Positions 45,730-54,933 of a stretch of DNA of 64,000 bases are shown piece by piece. The notes beneath the pieces are model-generated. The model did no database searches. It saw nothing but the letters and a program-made list of their open reading frames with translations, and was not told the DNA's origin. Every line of letters starts with the position of its first letter. Position 1 is the stretch's first letter. The position numbers were made by a program, and so were the translations under genes. Source of the stretch: an uncultured Pseudomonadota bacterium (GTDB taxonomy: Bacteria; Pseudomonadota; Alphaproteobacteria; Rhizobiales; Xanthobacteraceae); the NCBI GenBank assembly GCA_963773715.1, contig CAVZCM010000001.1, positions 201,676-265,675 of the forward strand, given 5' to 3'.

Positions 45730-46797
45730 TTAGCGTTCACCCAGCGGCCTGATACCCAGCTCGGCCGCCACCTTGTCGAGTTGCATCATCAGTTCCGGCG
45801 CGAGCGGCAGGCCGTTGCGCGTGCGGTCGGCGACGCGTCTGGCGCGTTCCTCGCCCGGCAGGCGCACCTTCTGGCCAGGCAGCGGCTTCGACGCGCGCAG
45901 ATCGCGGATGTGCCGGTCGATCTCGGCCTTGAACCTGTCGAGCGGCTGGAAGCGCGCCGGATCGAGCGCCACCACGAACTGCCCCGTATTGGCGATTCGA
46001 TCGGGCGTCGCGTTGAAGTCCACGCACTCACGGCCGAACAGCGCCCCGTTAAGGGGTCCGGCGAGCAGCCCGAGCACGAGCGCCAGTCCCGCGCCCTTGT
46101 AACCCCCCATCGGCAGCAACAGCGCATGCAGGCTGTCGTTCGGATCGAGTATCTCTTCGCCGGTCTCGGGATCAACCATCCAGCCCGGCTGCAATGGCAC
46201 ATTCTGCAGGCGATGGTTCTTGATGGTGCCGTAGGAAACGACCGAGGTGGCGATGTCGAGCACCACCGGCGGTTCCTCGCCGGCGGGAATGGCGACCGCC
46301 AGCGGATTGGTGCCGAGCAGCGCCTCGGCGCCGCCGGCCATCGTCATGTGGTTCGCGCTCGCCACTGCCGCATAAATACCGATCATGTCGGCTTTCAGCG
46401 GCAACGCGGCATAGACGCCGCCGGCGCCGGCGTGGTTCGACATATTCATGCCGACCCAGGCGACGCCGGCCTCGCGCGCCAGTTCGATTGCCGTTTCGGC
46501 CGCACGCGCAACCACCAGATGACCCATGGCGTTGTCGCCATCGACCAGCGCGGTCGCCGCCGCGCTGCGGTTCACCTTTATGTTGGGGCGTTTGTTGATC
46601 GCCCCGAGTTTCAACCGCCCGATGTATTGCGCCAGGCGGAACACGCCGTGGGCGTCGGCGCCGGTAATGTCCGCCTCCACCATCAGCTCGGCGACCCTGG
46701 CGGCGTCGGCGGGCGGCAGACCCGCCACCGTCATCGCATCGGTGATCAGGCCGGTGACCGCGGCGACGGATGCACGCGCGGTGGTCTTCGTGTCCAT
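45730..46797 (-). CDS. Ldh_2 family (malate/sulfolactate/ureidoglycolate dehydrogenase-like) oxidoreductase
   Basis: ADITGADAHG, SNHAG, LLGTNPLAVAIP, LDIATS, GGYKGAGL, RLPGE. Confidence 0.88.
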   Translation of the reverse strand: MDTKTTARASVAAVTGLITDAMTVAGLPPADAARVAELMVEADITGADAHGVFRLAQYIGRLKLGAINKRPNIKVNRSAAATALVDGDNAMGHLVVARAAETAIELAREAGVAWVGMNMSNHAGAGGVYAALPLKADMIGIYAAVASANHMTMAGGAEALLGTNPLAVAIPAGEEPPVVLDIATSVVSYGTIKNHRLQNVPLQPGWMVDPETGEEILDPNDSLHALLLPMGGYKGAGLALVLGLLAGPLNGALFGRECVDFNATPDRIANTGQFVVALDPARFQPLDRFKAEIDRHIRDLRASKPLPGQKVRLPGEERARRVADRTRNGLPLAPELMMQLDKVAAELGIRPLGER

Positions 46798-46801
46798 GGC
46801 G

Positions 46802-47806
46802 TTACGCCTTTCCTGACAACAGCTTCTCCGCGTGGGTGCCGAGGATGGTCGCCTTGTCCGCGTCGGAGATTTTCAGACCCTTAACGTGGTTGGCGCAATC
46901 CCGCATTTCCATGTCGTAGGGGTAGTCGCTGCCGAGCAGCACGCGATCGGCGCCGACGTGGCCGATCATGAACTCGAGCACCGGCGCCGAATGCAGGATG
47001 GTATCGTAGAAGAAACGCCTGGCGATGTCCCTGGGCTCGATCTTGATGTTCTTCTTCGGCTCCGGACGCACCCGCCAGCCGTGCTCCCAGCGCGCGGCCT
47101 GGTAGGGCGTGAAGCCGCCGCCGTGCACCAGCACGAAATTCAGCCCGGGATGACGGTCGAGCACACCGCCGAAATAGAGCGAGGCAGCGGCGATCGTGGT
47201 GTCGAGCGGATTTCCGATGAGATTTTGCAAATAGTAGGACTTCAGCCGGTCGACACCGGCGACGTTGTTTGGATGGACCACCATGAAAGCGCCGAGTTCC
47301 TCGGCGGTCGCCCACAGCGGCTCGAAGCTCGGATCGTCGAGGTTCTTGCCCATGACGTTGGAGCCGAACATGGCGCCCTTCAGGCCCTTCTTGGTGATGG
47401 CGCGCCTGAGTTCATCGGCAGCCTTCTCCGGCGCCTGCATCGGCAGCGTGGCGATACCCATGAAACGGTCCGGGTGCGCGGCAATGTGCGCGGCCATCTG
47501 ATCGTTCTGGATGATGGAGGCGGCGACACCGACCGCGGCTTCCTGACCGTACATGTAGGTCTGCGGCGTCGCCGACAGGACGTGCACGTCGACACCTGCC
47601 GCGTCCATGTCGCGCAGGCGCTGATCGAGATCGAAGCCGCCGCGCGGATAGGGCCGGTAAGCGGTGCCACCCACCGTCAGAATGAAATTGTCGGCGTCGA
47701 TCGCCTCCATGGTCACCGGGACCTTGGGCAGCTCCTTGTTGAGTAGCGAGATCGTTTCTTCGGTGAGCACATGGGTGTGAGTATCGATCGTACGCGTGTC
47801 GGTCAT
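46802..47806 (-). CDS. Amidohydrolase-2 family, ACMSD-like non-oxidative decarboxylase/hydratase
   Basis: IDTHTH, VVHP, LVHGGG, LGSDYPYDM metal ligands. Confidence 0.85.
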   Translation of the reverse strand: MTDTRTIDTHTHVLTEETISLLNKELPKVPVTMEAIDADNFILTVGGTAYRPYPRGGFDLDQRLRDMDAAGVDVHVLSATPQTYMYGQEAAVGVAASIIQNDQMAAHIAAHPDRFMGIATLPMQAPEKAADELRRAITKKGLKGAMFGSNVMGKNLDDPSFEPLWATAEELGAFMVVHPNNVAGVDRLKSYYLQNLIGNPLDTTIAAASLYFGGVLDRHPGLNFVLVHGGGFTPYQAARWEHGWRVRPEPKKNIKIEPRDIARRFFYDTILHSAPVLEFMIGHVGADRVLLGSDYPYDMEMRDCANHVKGLKISDADKATILGTHAEKLLSGKA

Positions 47807-47944
47807 TTCGCCACCTGAAAAAGAGCGCTGCGCCAGCAGCGGGAAGGGAGCGATTGAGTGCCGCACCGGGCGGGGTGACGCAAGCCCCTGTCACCCCGTA
47901 AGCTTCGGGCTATAAATCGAGCCCCGCCCTCCTCTCACGTCGGA

Positions 47945-50275
47945 ATGCCTTCCATGAATATGATTCCTCCCGCCCGCACCCGGAAACAGCCGCGCGTCGA
48001 AGACGACGCGCTGGTACGCGGCGCCGGCCATTTCGTCGACGATCCAAGGCTGCCGAATCAGGCCTATGCCGCCTTCGTGCGCTCGCCGCATGCGCATGCC
48101 CGCATCATCTCGGTAAATACCAGCGAGGCGCAGGCCGCCAGGGGCGTGCTGGCAGTGCTTACGGCCGAGGACATCAAGGCGGCCGGGGTCGCCGGCATCT
48201 CGCGTCACCCGCCGGCGGTCGGCCGCGGTGGCGCCAGGATGGTCGTGCCGTTCCGCCCCGCGCTTGCCGGCGACAAGGTGCTGCATGGTGGCGATCCGGT
48301 CGCGATTGTGGTGGCGGAAGACGCCGCCATGGCGCTCGACGCCGCCGATCTGGTGCAGGTCGAGTATGAGGAACTGCCGGCGGTGATCGACCTCGACGCC
48401 GCGATGAAGGGCGAGACGCAGCTCCACGCGGACGTACCCGGCAATCTCTGCATCGATTGGCCAGGGTGGGCCGAGAACGCGGAGAACGAGCGCGAGGTCG
48501 CCGATATCATCGCCGGGGCGCCGCATGTCGCACGGGTATCCGTCACCCATCAGCGTCTGGTGGTAGCCTCCCTGGAAACGCGCGGTGCCACCGGCGTCTA
48601 CGACGCCGCCAACGAGAGCTACACGCTGCACGCCTGCTCGCAGAGCGCGGATGCACTACGCGGCCAGCTGGCCTCCATCATGGGAGTGGCGAAGGAAAAA
48701 GCGCGCGTGATCACCGAGGACGTCGGCGGCGCCTTCGGCATGAAGACGACGGTCTATCCGGAATACGTCGCCGTGCTGGTGGCTGCGCGCAAGATCGGGC
48801 GGCCGGTGCATTGGCAGTCGACGCGCTCGGAAGCCTTCGTCTCCGACGCCCAGGCGCGCGATGCGCTGACCCACGTCGAGCTCGCGCTCGACGACAAGGG
48901 CAAATTCCTGGGACTACGCGTGCGACACCTGTGCAACCAGGGCGCCTACATTGCCAATGCCGGCATTAACATCAACACCAACAATTTCGCGCGCTGTTTC
49001 CCCGGCATGTACCGGGTTCCGAAGGTCGACGTGGGTGTGGCCTGCTATTTCTCCAACAAGGTGCCGATCGCGCCCTATCGCGGCGCCGGCCGGCCGGAGG
49101 CGAATTACGCCCTTGAGCGCGCGGTAGAGGAAGCCGCGCGCCTCATCGGCATCGACTCGGTGAGGCTGCGCAAGAAGAACCTGATCCCGAAATCGGCGAT
49201 GCCGTTCAAGACTCCGATCAACACCTACGACAGCGGCGATTTCCCCGGCATCGTGGACAAGGCCTTGCAGCTTGCCGACTACGCCAGTTTCAACAAGCGC
49301 AAGCGCGAGGCGGCCAGGCGCAAGAAATACCGCGGCATCGGCATCTCCTGCATGCTGGAGCACGCCGGCGCCACGCCCATGGAAATGGCGTCGCTGGCGT
49401 TTCCCGAGGGCGACAAGCTGATCATGGGCCTGAACGTGCAATCGACGGGACAGAGCCACGCCACCGTGTTCGGGCGGCTGCTGGCGAACAAGCTCGGCAT
49501 CGATCCGGCGAAAATCGAGCACAGCCACGGCGACACGGCGCTGGGCCTGACCGGCGGCGCTTCGGTCGGCTCGCGCTCGGCCATGTGCGCGGGTACGGCG
49601 ATCGTGCATGTCGCCGACGTGATGCTCGAAAAAGGCAAAAAAATCGCCGCTTCGCTGCTGGAAGCCGGCGAACACGACATCGAATACAAGAACGGCGCCT
49701 TCAATGTGGTCGGCACCGACCGCAAGATCACCTTGTTCGAAACCGCGCGGCGGGCGAAGGAGCTGGGCCAAAGCCTCGACACCATGGACAAGGCCGAAGC
49801 GCCGCTCACCTTTCCCAACGGTTGCCACATCGCCGAGGTCGAGATCGATCCCGAAACGGGGGCGCTTGACCTCGTCACCTACACGGCGGTGGACGACTGC
49901 GGCAATCCGCTCGACACGATCATCGTCGAGGGCCAGGTGCACGGCAGCCTGGCGCAGGGACTGGGCCAGGCGCTGACGGAACACGCCATCTATGACCCGG
50001 AGACCGGACAGCTCACCACCGGCTCGTTCATGGACTACGGCATGCCGCACGCCGAAATCATGCCGATCGAACTGCGCGAGGCCCTGCACCCGGTGCCGGC
50101 GACCACCAATCCGCTCGGCGTCAAGGGCACCGGCGAAGCCGGCACCACGGCGTCGATCGCGGCGGTGATGAACGCGGTATCAAACGCCATCCCGAACGGC
50201 GCGGCGAATTATATGGAAATGCCGGCGACGCCGGCGCGGGTGTGGGAGGCCTGCCAGAAGGCGCAGGGAAAATAG
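47945..50275 (+). CDS. Xanthine dehydrogenase family molybdopterin-binding large subunit (CoxL form II-like)
   Basis: RVEDDALVRG, DVGGAFGMK, active-site loop APYRGAGRPEA, GQSHAT, VGSRS, DDCG, GVKGTGEAG. Start may be 47954. Confidence 0.9.
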   Translation: MPSMNMIPPARTRKQPRVEDDALVRGAGHFVDDPRLPNQAYAAFVRSPHAHARIISVNTSEAQAARGVLAVLTAEDIKAAGVAGISRHPPAVGRGGARMVVPFRPALAGDKVLHGGDPVAIVVAEDAAMALDAADLVQVEYEELPAVIDLDAAMKGETQLHADVPGNLCIDWPGWAENAENEREVADIIAGAPHVARVSVTHQRLVVASLETRGATGVYDAANESYTLHACSQSADALRGQLASIMGVAKEKARVITEDVGGAFGMKTTVYPEYVAVLVAARKIGRPVHWQSTRSEAFVSDAQARDALTHVELALDDKGKFLGLRVRHLCNQGAYIANAGININTNNFARCFPGMYRVPKVDVGVACYFSNKVPIAPYRGAGRPEANYALERAVEEAARLIGIDSVRLRKKNLIPKSAMPFKTPINTYDSGDFPGIVDKALQLADYASFNKRKREAARRKKYRGIGISCMLEHAGATPMEMASLAFPEGDKLIMGLNVQSTGQSHATVFGRLLANKLGIDPAKIEHSHGDTALGLTGGASVGSRSAMCAGTAIVHVADVMLEKGKKIAASLLEAGEHDIEYKNGAFNVVGTDRKITLFETARRAKELGQSLDTMDKAEAPLTFPNGCHIAEVEIDPETGALDLVTYTAVDDCGNPLDTIIVEGQVHGSLAQGLGQALTEHAIYDPETGQLTTGSFMDYGMPHAEIMPIELREALHPVPATTNPLGVKGTGEAGTTASIAAVMNAVSNAIPNGAANYMEMPATPARVWEACQKAQGK

Positions 50276-50303
50276 CGGCTCTTAGGTGGCAACACACTCG
50301 GCC

Positions 50304-50408
50304 GTCATGCGCGGGCTTGACCCGCGCATCCATGATGCGCGTCGGCACATGAAAGCCTTACGTAAGGCTTTCGTCATCGCACCTCATCATGGATTGCCGG
50401 GTCCAGCC
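50304..50408. repeat. Left part of a REP (GTCATGCGCGGGCTTGACCCGCGCATCC...GGATTGCCGGGTCCAGCC) interrupted by the IS; the right part continues at 51653-51671
   Basis: Joining 50408 to 51662 reconstitutes GGATTGCCGGG-TCCAG-CCCGGCAATGAC, the same family as 3783-3869. Confidence 0.85.
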
Positions 50409-51652
50409 CATGGCTGTCCGGCTAAGCATAGGTGAATTCCATCTGGGGGTTTTGGAGGCTTTGGACTGCCTGGTTTGGGGGGTGCATGAGTTCGTCGAGG
50501 GGGCGTCTTGCGAAGGCCATGGCGGGCAGAAGACGGACGATGGCCTGCATGCCCAGGCTCGTGCGCTGGCGCAGGCTGGCAAGACGCACGAGCAGATAGG
50601 CGATGAGGGCGGCCATGATCTGAATGATCACGGCGTTGCGGCTTGTCCCCAGGAAGTGAGACAGCTTCAGGTTCTGCTTAAGCCATTTGAAGAAGAGCTC
50701 GACCTGCCAGCGCGCCCGATAGAGCGCTGCGATCTCCGCGGCTGGAGCCCCAAGATCGTTGGTAAGAAGCGTGATCTCGCGCGCCCCTTGGATCTTTACG
50801 CCGATGAGGCGCACCTTGCCGGTGAAGGGATTGTGCCGCGAGGAGCCAAGCCGCCTTGAAAGATGTCCGATCCGATCGAACAGAATGCCCTCATCGCGCA
50901 CCTTGCGTTCCTGGACGACGGTGACCGGGGAGTTCTTCTTCGAGCGCGTGACGAACCGGCAGGAGGCGGCGGAAAGCTTCTGCCAGAAGGAAAAATCGTA
51001 ATAGCCCTTGTCGAACACATAGGTCACGCCCGGTTCGATAGGCATCGTCTTGGCGGCCGTGATATCGTTGATACGCTCGCCCGTCACTTCAAACCAGACC
51101 GGGTGCTCCCCTTGCCAATCGAAACTTATGTGCAGCTTCACCGCATCCTGGGCCCAGGCGGCAACCGGCTTGCCGGCAAAGATGCGGCTGGCGTCGATGA
51201 GGCGAACACAGTCGTGCCCCAGCCTTCCGCTCAGCATGGCGCAGAGCTTCTTGGCTACAGCCTCAAACAGGCTCGCGGGCCGGTCTCTGTTGGCATCCGA
51301 AAGCGTCGTGCGCCGCAGCCTGGCGAGCCCCAGATGCGGCAGTATCCCCGCATGCCGCTCGACCATCCGCTCATGATCACGCAGGGAGCGCTGACCCGTC
51401 ATCTGAGCCAGGACCATCGCCACAACATGCCCCCATTGCGAGAGTTCTCGCTTCTTGCGCCCGCTCCGGTGCCGCGCTGCCTCGCGCTCGAACCAGCCGC
51501 GTGGAACCGCTTTGAGCAATTGAGAAAACACCGTAGACTGAAATCGCATGGCTTGGGCTCTCCGAGCTTCATTCAACTCTGTTCGTCGCAAAACACAGTT
51601 GAATCCAGAAGCCATGCACCTCGTCCACCCCTCCCATAGCCGGACAGCCATG
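50409..51652 (-). mobile_element. Complete IS4-family insertion sequence (about 1244 bp)
   Basis: Terminal inverted repeats CATGGCTGTCCGGCTA / TAGCCGGACAGCCATG; flanking direct repeat GGTCCAGCC (50400-50408, 51653-51661); single DDE transposase. Confidence 0.92.
50422..51549 (-). CDS. IS4-family DDE transposase
   Basis: MRFQSTVFSQLL, RLIDAS, VKLH, VFDKGY, YREK-like YRARWQVELFFKWLKQNL. The stop codon lies inside the terminal repeat. Confidence 0.92.
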   Translation of the reverse strand: MRFQSTVFSQLLKAVPRGWFEREAARHRSGRKKRELSQWGHVVAMVLAQMTGQRSLRDHERMVERHAGILPHLGLARLRRTTLSDANRDRPASLFEAVAKKLCAMLSGRLGHDCVRLIDASRIFAGKPVAAWAQDAVKLHISFDWQGEHPVWFEVTGERINDITAAKTMPIEPGVTYVFDKGYYDFSFWQKLSAASCRFVTRSKKNSPVTVVQERKVRDEGILFDRIGHLSRRLGSSRHNPFTGKVRLIGVKIQGAREITLLTNDLGAPAAEIAALYRARWQVELFFKWLKQNLKLSHFLGTSRNAVIIQIMAALIAYLLVRLASLRQRTSLGMQAIVRLLPAMAFARRPLDELMHPPNQAVQSLQNPQMEFTYA

Positions 51653-51697
51653 GGTCCAGCCCGGCAATGACCGCTGAGACGCATGTGCGCACGCAAA

Positions 51698-51729
51698 TAA
51701 AAAATGGCCGGGCAATGCCCGGCCATTTT
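51698..51729 (-). terminator. Rho-independent terminator of the gabD-like gene
   Basis: AAAATGGCCGGGC-aat-GCCCGGCCATTTT, with a T-run on the minus strand. Confidence 0.8.
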
Positions 51730-51748
51730 CATTTCAAATACGCGCGGC

Positions 51749-53176
51749 TCAGCCCTGCGAGATGAACTTGGTGTTCATGTAGGCGTGCAAACCTTCCAAT
51801 CCCCCCTCGGAACCGTAGCCCAACTCCTTGATGCCGCCGAACGGCGTCTCCGGCGTCGAGATGGCGACGCTGTTGACGCCGACCATGCCTGACTGCATCG
51901 CGTCACCGATGGCGGCCGCGTTCTTGTCCGACGTGGTGAAGGCATAGGCCGCCAGGCCGAACTCCAGCGAGTTGGCGCGCTCGACCACCTCGTCGAAGGT
52001 CTTGAACGGCACGATCGGCGCCACCGGCCCGAACGGCTCCTCGGTCATGATCTTCGAGTCATCCGGCACATCGGTGACGATGGTCGGCTGGAAGAAAAAG
52101 CCCTGGTTACCCTCGCGCGAGCCGCCGGTGACGACCTTGCCGCCGCGGCTCCTGGCATCGGCGACGAAGCTGTCCATGGCGTCAAGCCGGCGCGGATTGG
52201 CCAGCGGTCCCATGGTGGTGCCCTTTTCCATGCCGTCGCCGAGCTTGATGCCCCTGGCATATTCGGTGAAACGGGCGAGGAACTTCGGATAGTTCTTCTC
52301 GTGCACATAGAAGCGGGTCGGCGAAATGCAGACCTGACCGGCGTTGCGGTACTTGAAGGCGGCGATGGTGTCGGCCGCCTTCTCCGGATCGGCGTCTTCG
52401 AACACGACCACCGGCGAATGACCGCCGAGCTCCATGGTGGCGCGCTTCATGCCCTTGGCGGCAAGCGCCGCGAGATGCTTGCCGACCGGGACCGAGCCGG
52501 TGAAGGAAATCTTCTTCACGATCTTCGAAGGGATCAGGTACTCCGACACTTCGGAAGGCACGCCGAACACCAGGTTGACCACGCCTGCCGGCAGGCCGGC
52601 ATCGGCGAAACATTTCACCAGTTCGACGCAGGCGCCGGGCGTTTCTTCCGAGGCCTTGAGGATGATCGAGCAGCCGGCGGCGAGCGCGCCGGCGATCTTG
52701 CGCACCGGGGTGAGCACCGGGAAATTCCATGGCGTGAAGGCGGCGACCACGCCGACCGGCTCCTGCGTCACGAGCTGGCGCACGCCGGGCTGCCGGCCCG
52801 GCACGATACGGCCGTAGGCGCGGCGTCCCTCCTCGGCGTACCAGTCGATAATGTCGGCGGATGTGAGCACCTCGGCGCGGGCTTCCGGATAGACCTTGCC
52901 CTGCTCCAGCACCATCACCCTGGAGACGTGCTCATGGCGCTCGCGCAGCAGATCGGCAGCCTTGCGCATCACCCTGGAGCGATCATAAGCGGAGGTCGCT
53001 TTCCATTGGGCGAAGCCCCTGGCGGCGGCGGCCAGTGCGGCGTCGAGATCGGCGGTGCTGGCATGCGGCAGCTGCGCGAGCGGCCTGGCGGTCGCGGGAT
53101 TGAGGACTTCCTCGCCCTTGCGCCCCTTGCCATTGAGCCATTGTCCGTCGATGAAAAGCGCGAGATCGGTGTACAT
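51749..53176 (-). CDS. gabD: NAD-dependent succinate-semialdehyde dehydrogenase-like (second paralog)
   Basis: TPWNFP, FTGSVPVG, MELGGHSP, NAGQVCISP, EEPFGP, PFGGIKELGYGSEGG. Confidence 0.82.
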   Translation of the reverse strand: MYTDLALFIDGQWLNGKGRKGEEVLNPATARPLAQLPHASTADLDAALAAAARGFAQWKATSAYDRSRVMRKAADLLRERHEHVSRVMVLEQGKVYPEARAEVLTSADIIDWYAEEGRRAYGRIVPGRQPGVRQLVTQEPVGVVAAFTPWNFPVLTPVRKIAGALAAGCSIILKASEETPGACVELVKCFADAGLPAGVVNLVFGVPSEVSEYLIPSKIVKKISFTGSVPVGKHLAALAAKGMKRATMELGGHSPVVVFEDADPEKAADTIAAFKYRNAGQVCISPTRFYVHEKNYPKFLARFTEYARGIKLGDGMEKGTTMGPLANPRRLDAMDSFVADARSRGGKVVTGGSREGNQGFFFQPTIVTDVPDDSKIMTEEPFGPVAPIVPFKTFDEVVERANSLEFGLAAYAFTTSDKNAAAIGDAMQSGMVGVNSVAISTPETPFGGIKELGYGSEGGLEGLHAYMNTKFISQG

Positions 53177-53578
53177 CAGAACCCTCGTGGTTACCGGAAG
53201 AACTGTCGGGCGCTGCATTAGCACTTTCGCTGCGGCGCGACCACTCAAGCGATGGCAGAGCCGGCAAGCCGCGCCTGAAGAATCTTCTCACGATGTGGCA
53301 TGATGCTTGTGTGCGCTGCACCCAGGGGATTCGCAGACCACCGTGAAACCACCGATTTTCATAATGAATCGGGACTGCGGCCATGGGTCGCGGAACATCA
53401 AATAATGAAATCCATGTGCGCAATTGGGGTTGGCTATCCCGGAAATTCTGATGTTATGATTGTTTCAAGTGGTGCAAAGGATCGCTGACATGCGGCCCGG
53501 TCGCCTTCAACGGACCGTCAGAGTCCGAAAATGGCGACGCTACATCTGGAGAAGGACAACAACCTGGGAGGTTCAACC

Positions 53579-54793
53579 ATGCGATTGTCTACGACGCTAG
53601 CGCTCGGCGTTGCCGGTGCTGTTCTTGCCTATAACGTCGCGCTTGCCGAGGATGTGATCAACCTTGGGGCGGCGATTTCCGAGACCGGCAAGTATTCGAC
53701 TAACGGTCTCTTCACCAAGAAAGGTTACAATCTCGCCGTCGACAAGATCAATTCGCAAGGCGGCGTCAAGGTCGGCGACAAGACCTACAAGCTCAACATC
53801 AAGTACTATGACGATGAATCGACGCCTGCACGCGGCGCCGAACTGGTCGACCGTCTGATCAAGCAGGATGGCATCAAGTTCATCCTGGGCCCCTATTCGT
53901 CCGGCCTGACCAAAGCGATTGCGCCCGAAACCGAGAAGCTGAAGACGCCGATGGTGGAAGCCAATGGCTCGGCGCGTTCGCTCTTCACCAACGGATACAA
54001 ATATCTGTTCGCGACCCTCACCACGGCCGATCAGTATCTGGCCAGCGTGATCGACCTTGCCGCCGAGAACGCCAGCGATCTCGGCAAGAAGCCTGGCGAT
54101 CTAAAGGTGGCTGTCGTGGTCGAAAATGACCCCTTCAGCAAGGACGTGCGCCAGGGCGTCGTCGAGAAGATGAAGAAGTACGGCATGGATCTGGTCGTCG
54201 ATGATCAGTTTCCCCGCGACCTGAGCGATATCTCGCCGACGCTCACCAAGATCAAGGCGCTCAAACCGGATGTGCTGATCATTTCCGGCCACTCCAAGGG
54301 CGCGGCCACCGGCGCGCGGCAGATTTCCGATCTGAACGTCTCGGCGCCGATCATCGCGATGACTCACTGCGATTCCGCCGGCATCATCAAAAAGTTCGGC
54401 AAGGCGGTCGAAGGCTTCCTGTGTGCGACCCAATGGGCGCCTTCGCTCACCTACAAGGGCGATGCATTCGGTTCGGCCTCCGACTACGCCAAGCAGTTCA
54501 AGGCCAAGTACAACGAGGATCCGCCCTACCAGGCGGCCGAGTCCTCCGCCGCCGTTCTTGTCTACGCCGACGCCCTGCACCGGGCCGGCTCGCTCGATAA
54601 GGACGCGGTGCGCGACGCGCTGGCGAAGACCGACATGATGACCTTCTACGGGCACATCAAGTTCGACGAAACCGGCAAGAACATCGCAAAGCCGATGGCG
54701 CTCTACCAGGTGCTTGACGGCAAGTATGTCGTGGTTGCGCCGTCGAAGTTCGCTGCTGAAAAGGCGGTCGTGCCGCGCGGGGCGACGAACTGA
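53579..54793 (+). CDS. Branched-chain amino acid-type ABC substrate-binding protein (LivK-like)
   Basis: RBS GGGAGG; signal peptide; GAAISETG, YYDDES, ILGPYSSG, TFYGHIKFDETG. Confidence 0.88.
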   Translation: MRLSTTLALGVAGAVLAYNVALAEDVINLGAAISETGKYSTNGLFTKKGYNLAVDKINSQGGVKVGDKTYKLNIKYYDDESTPARGAELVDRLIKQDGIKFILGPYSSGLTKAIAPETEKLKTPMVEANGSARSLFTNGYKYLFATLTTADQYLASVIDLAAENASDLGKKPGDLKVAVVVENDPFSKDVRQGVVEKMKKYGMDLVVDDQFPRDLSDISPTLTKIKALKPDVLIISGHSKGAATGARQISDLNVSAPIIAMTHCDSAGIIKKFGKAVEGFLCATQWAPSLTYKGDAFGSASDYAKQFKAKYNEDPPYQAAESSAAVLVYADALHRAGSLDKDAVRDALAKTDMMTFYGHIKFDETGKNIAKPMALYQVLDGKYVVVAPSKFAAEKAVVPRGATN

Positions 54794-54933
54794 TCGCCAT
54801 GGCGTGAAGGCGGCTGCCGGGATTTTGGTTCCGGCCGCCGCCGCTCCCTCACCATTCCGGGCTGCACGGCTGACGCGCCAACGAACCGGTAACTTCACCG
54901 CGGCGAAGCGCTCAGCATAGCGGGAGCATTCCC

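Noticed and set aside
47945-50275. Aerobic CO dehydrogenase (form I CoxL)
   Set aside because: The active-site loop is PYRGAGR rather than AYXCSFR, and there are no coxMS or accessory genes.
51550-51732. N-terminal extension of the transposase in the ORF track (start 51732)
   Set aside because: It runs across the IS terminal repeat into host REP and terminator sequence, so it cannot be part of the element.
53295-53310. Sigma54 promoter TGGCATGATGCTTGT upstream of the liv operon
   Set aside because: The -12 element reads GT instead of the near-invariant GC, and it lies about 270 bp from the start codon.
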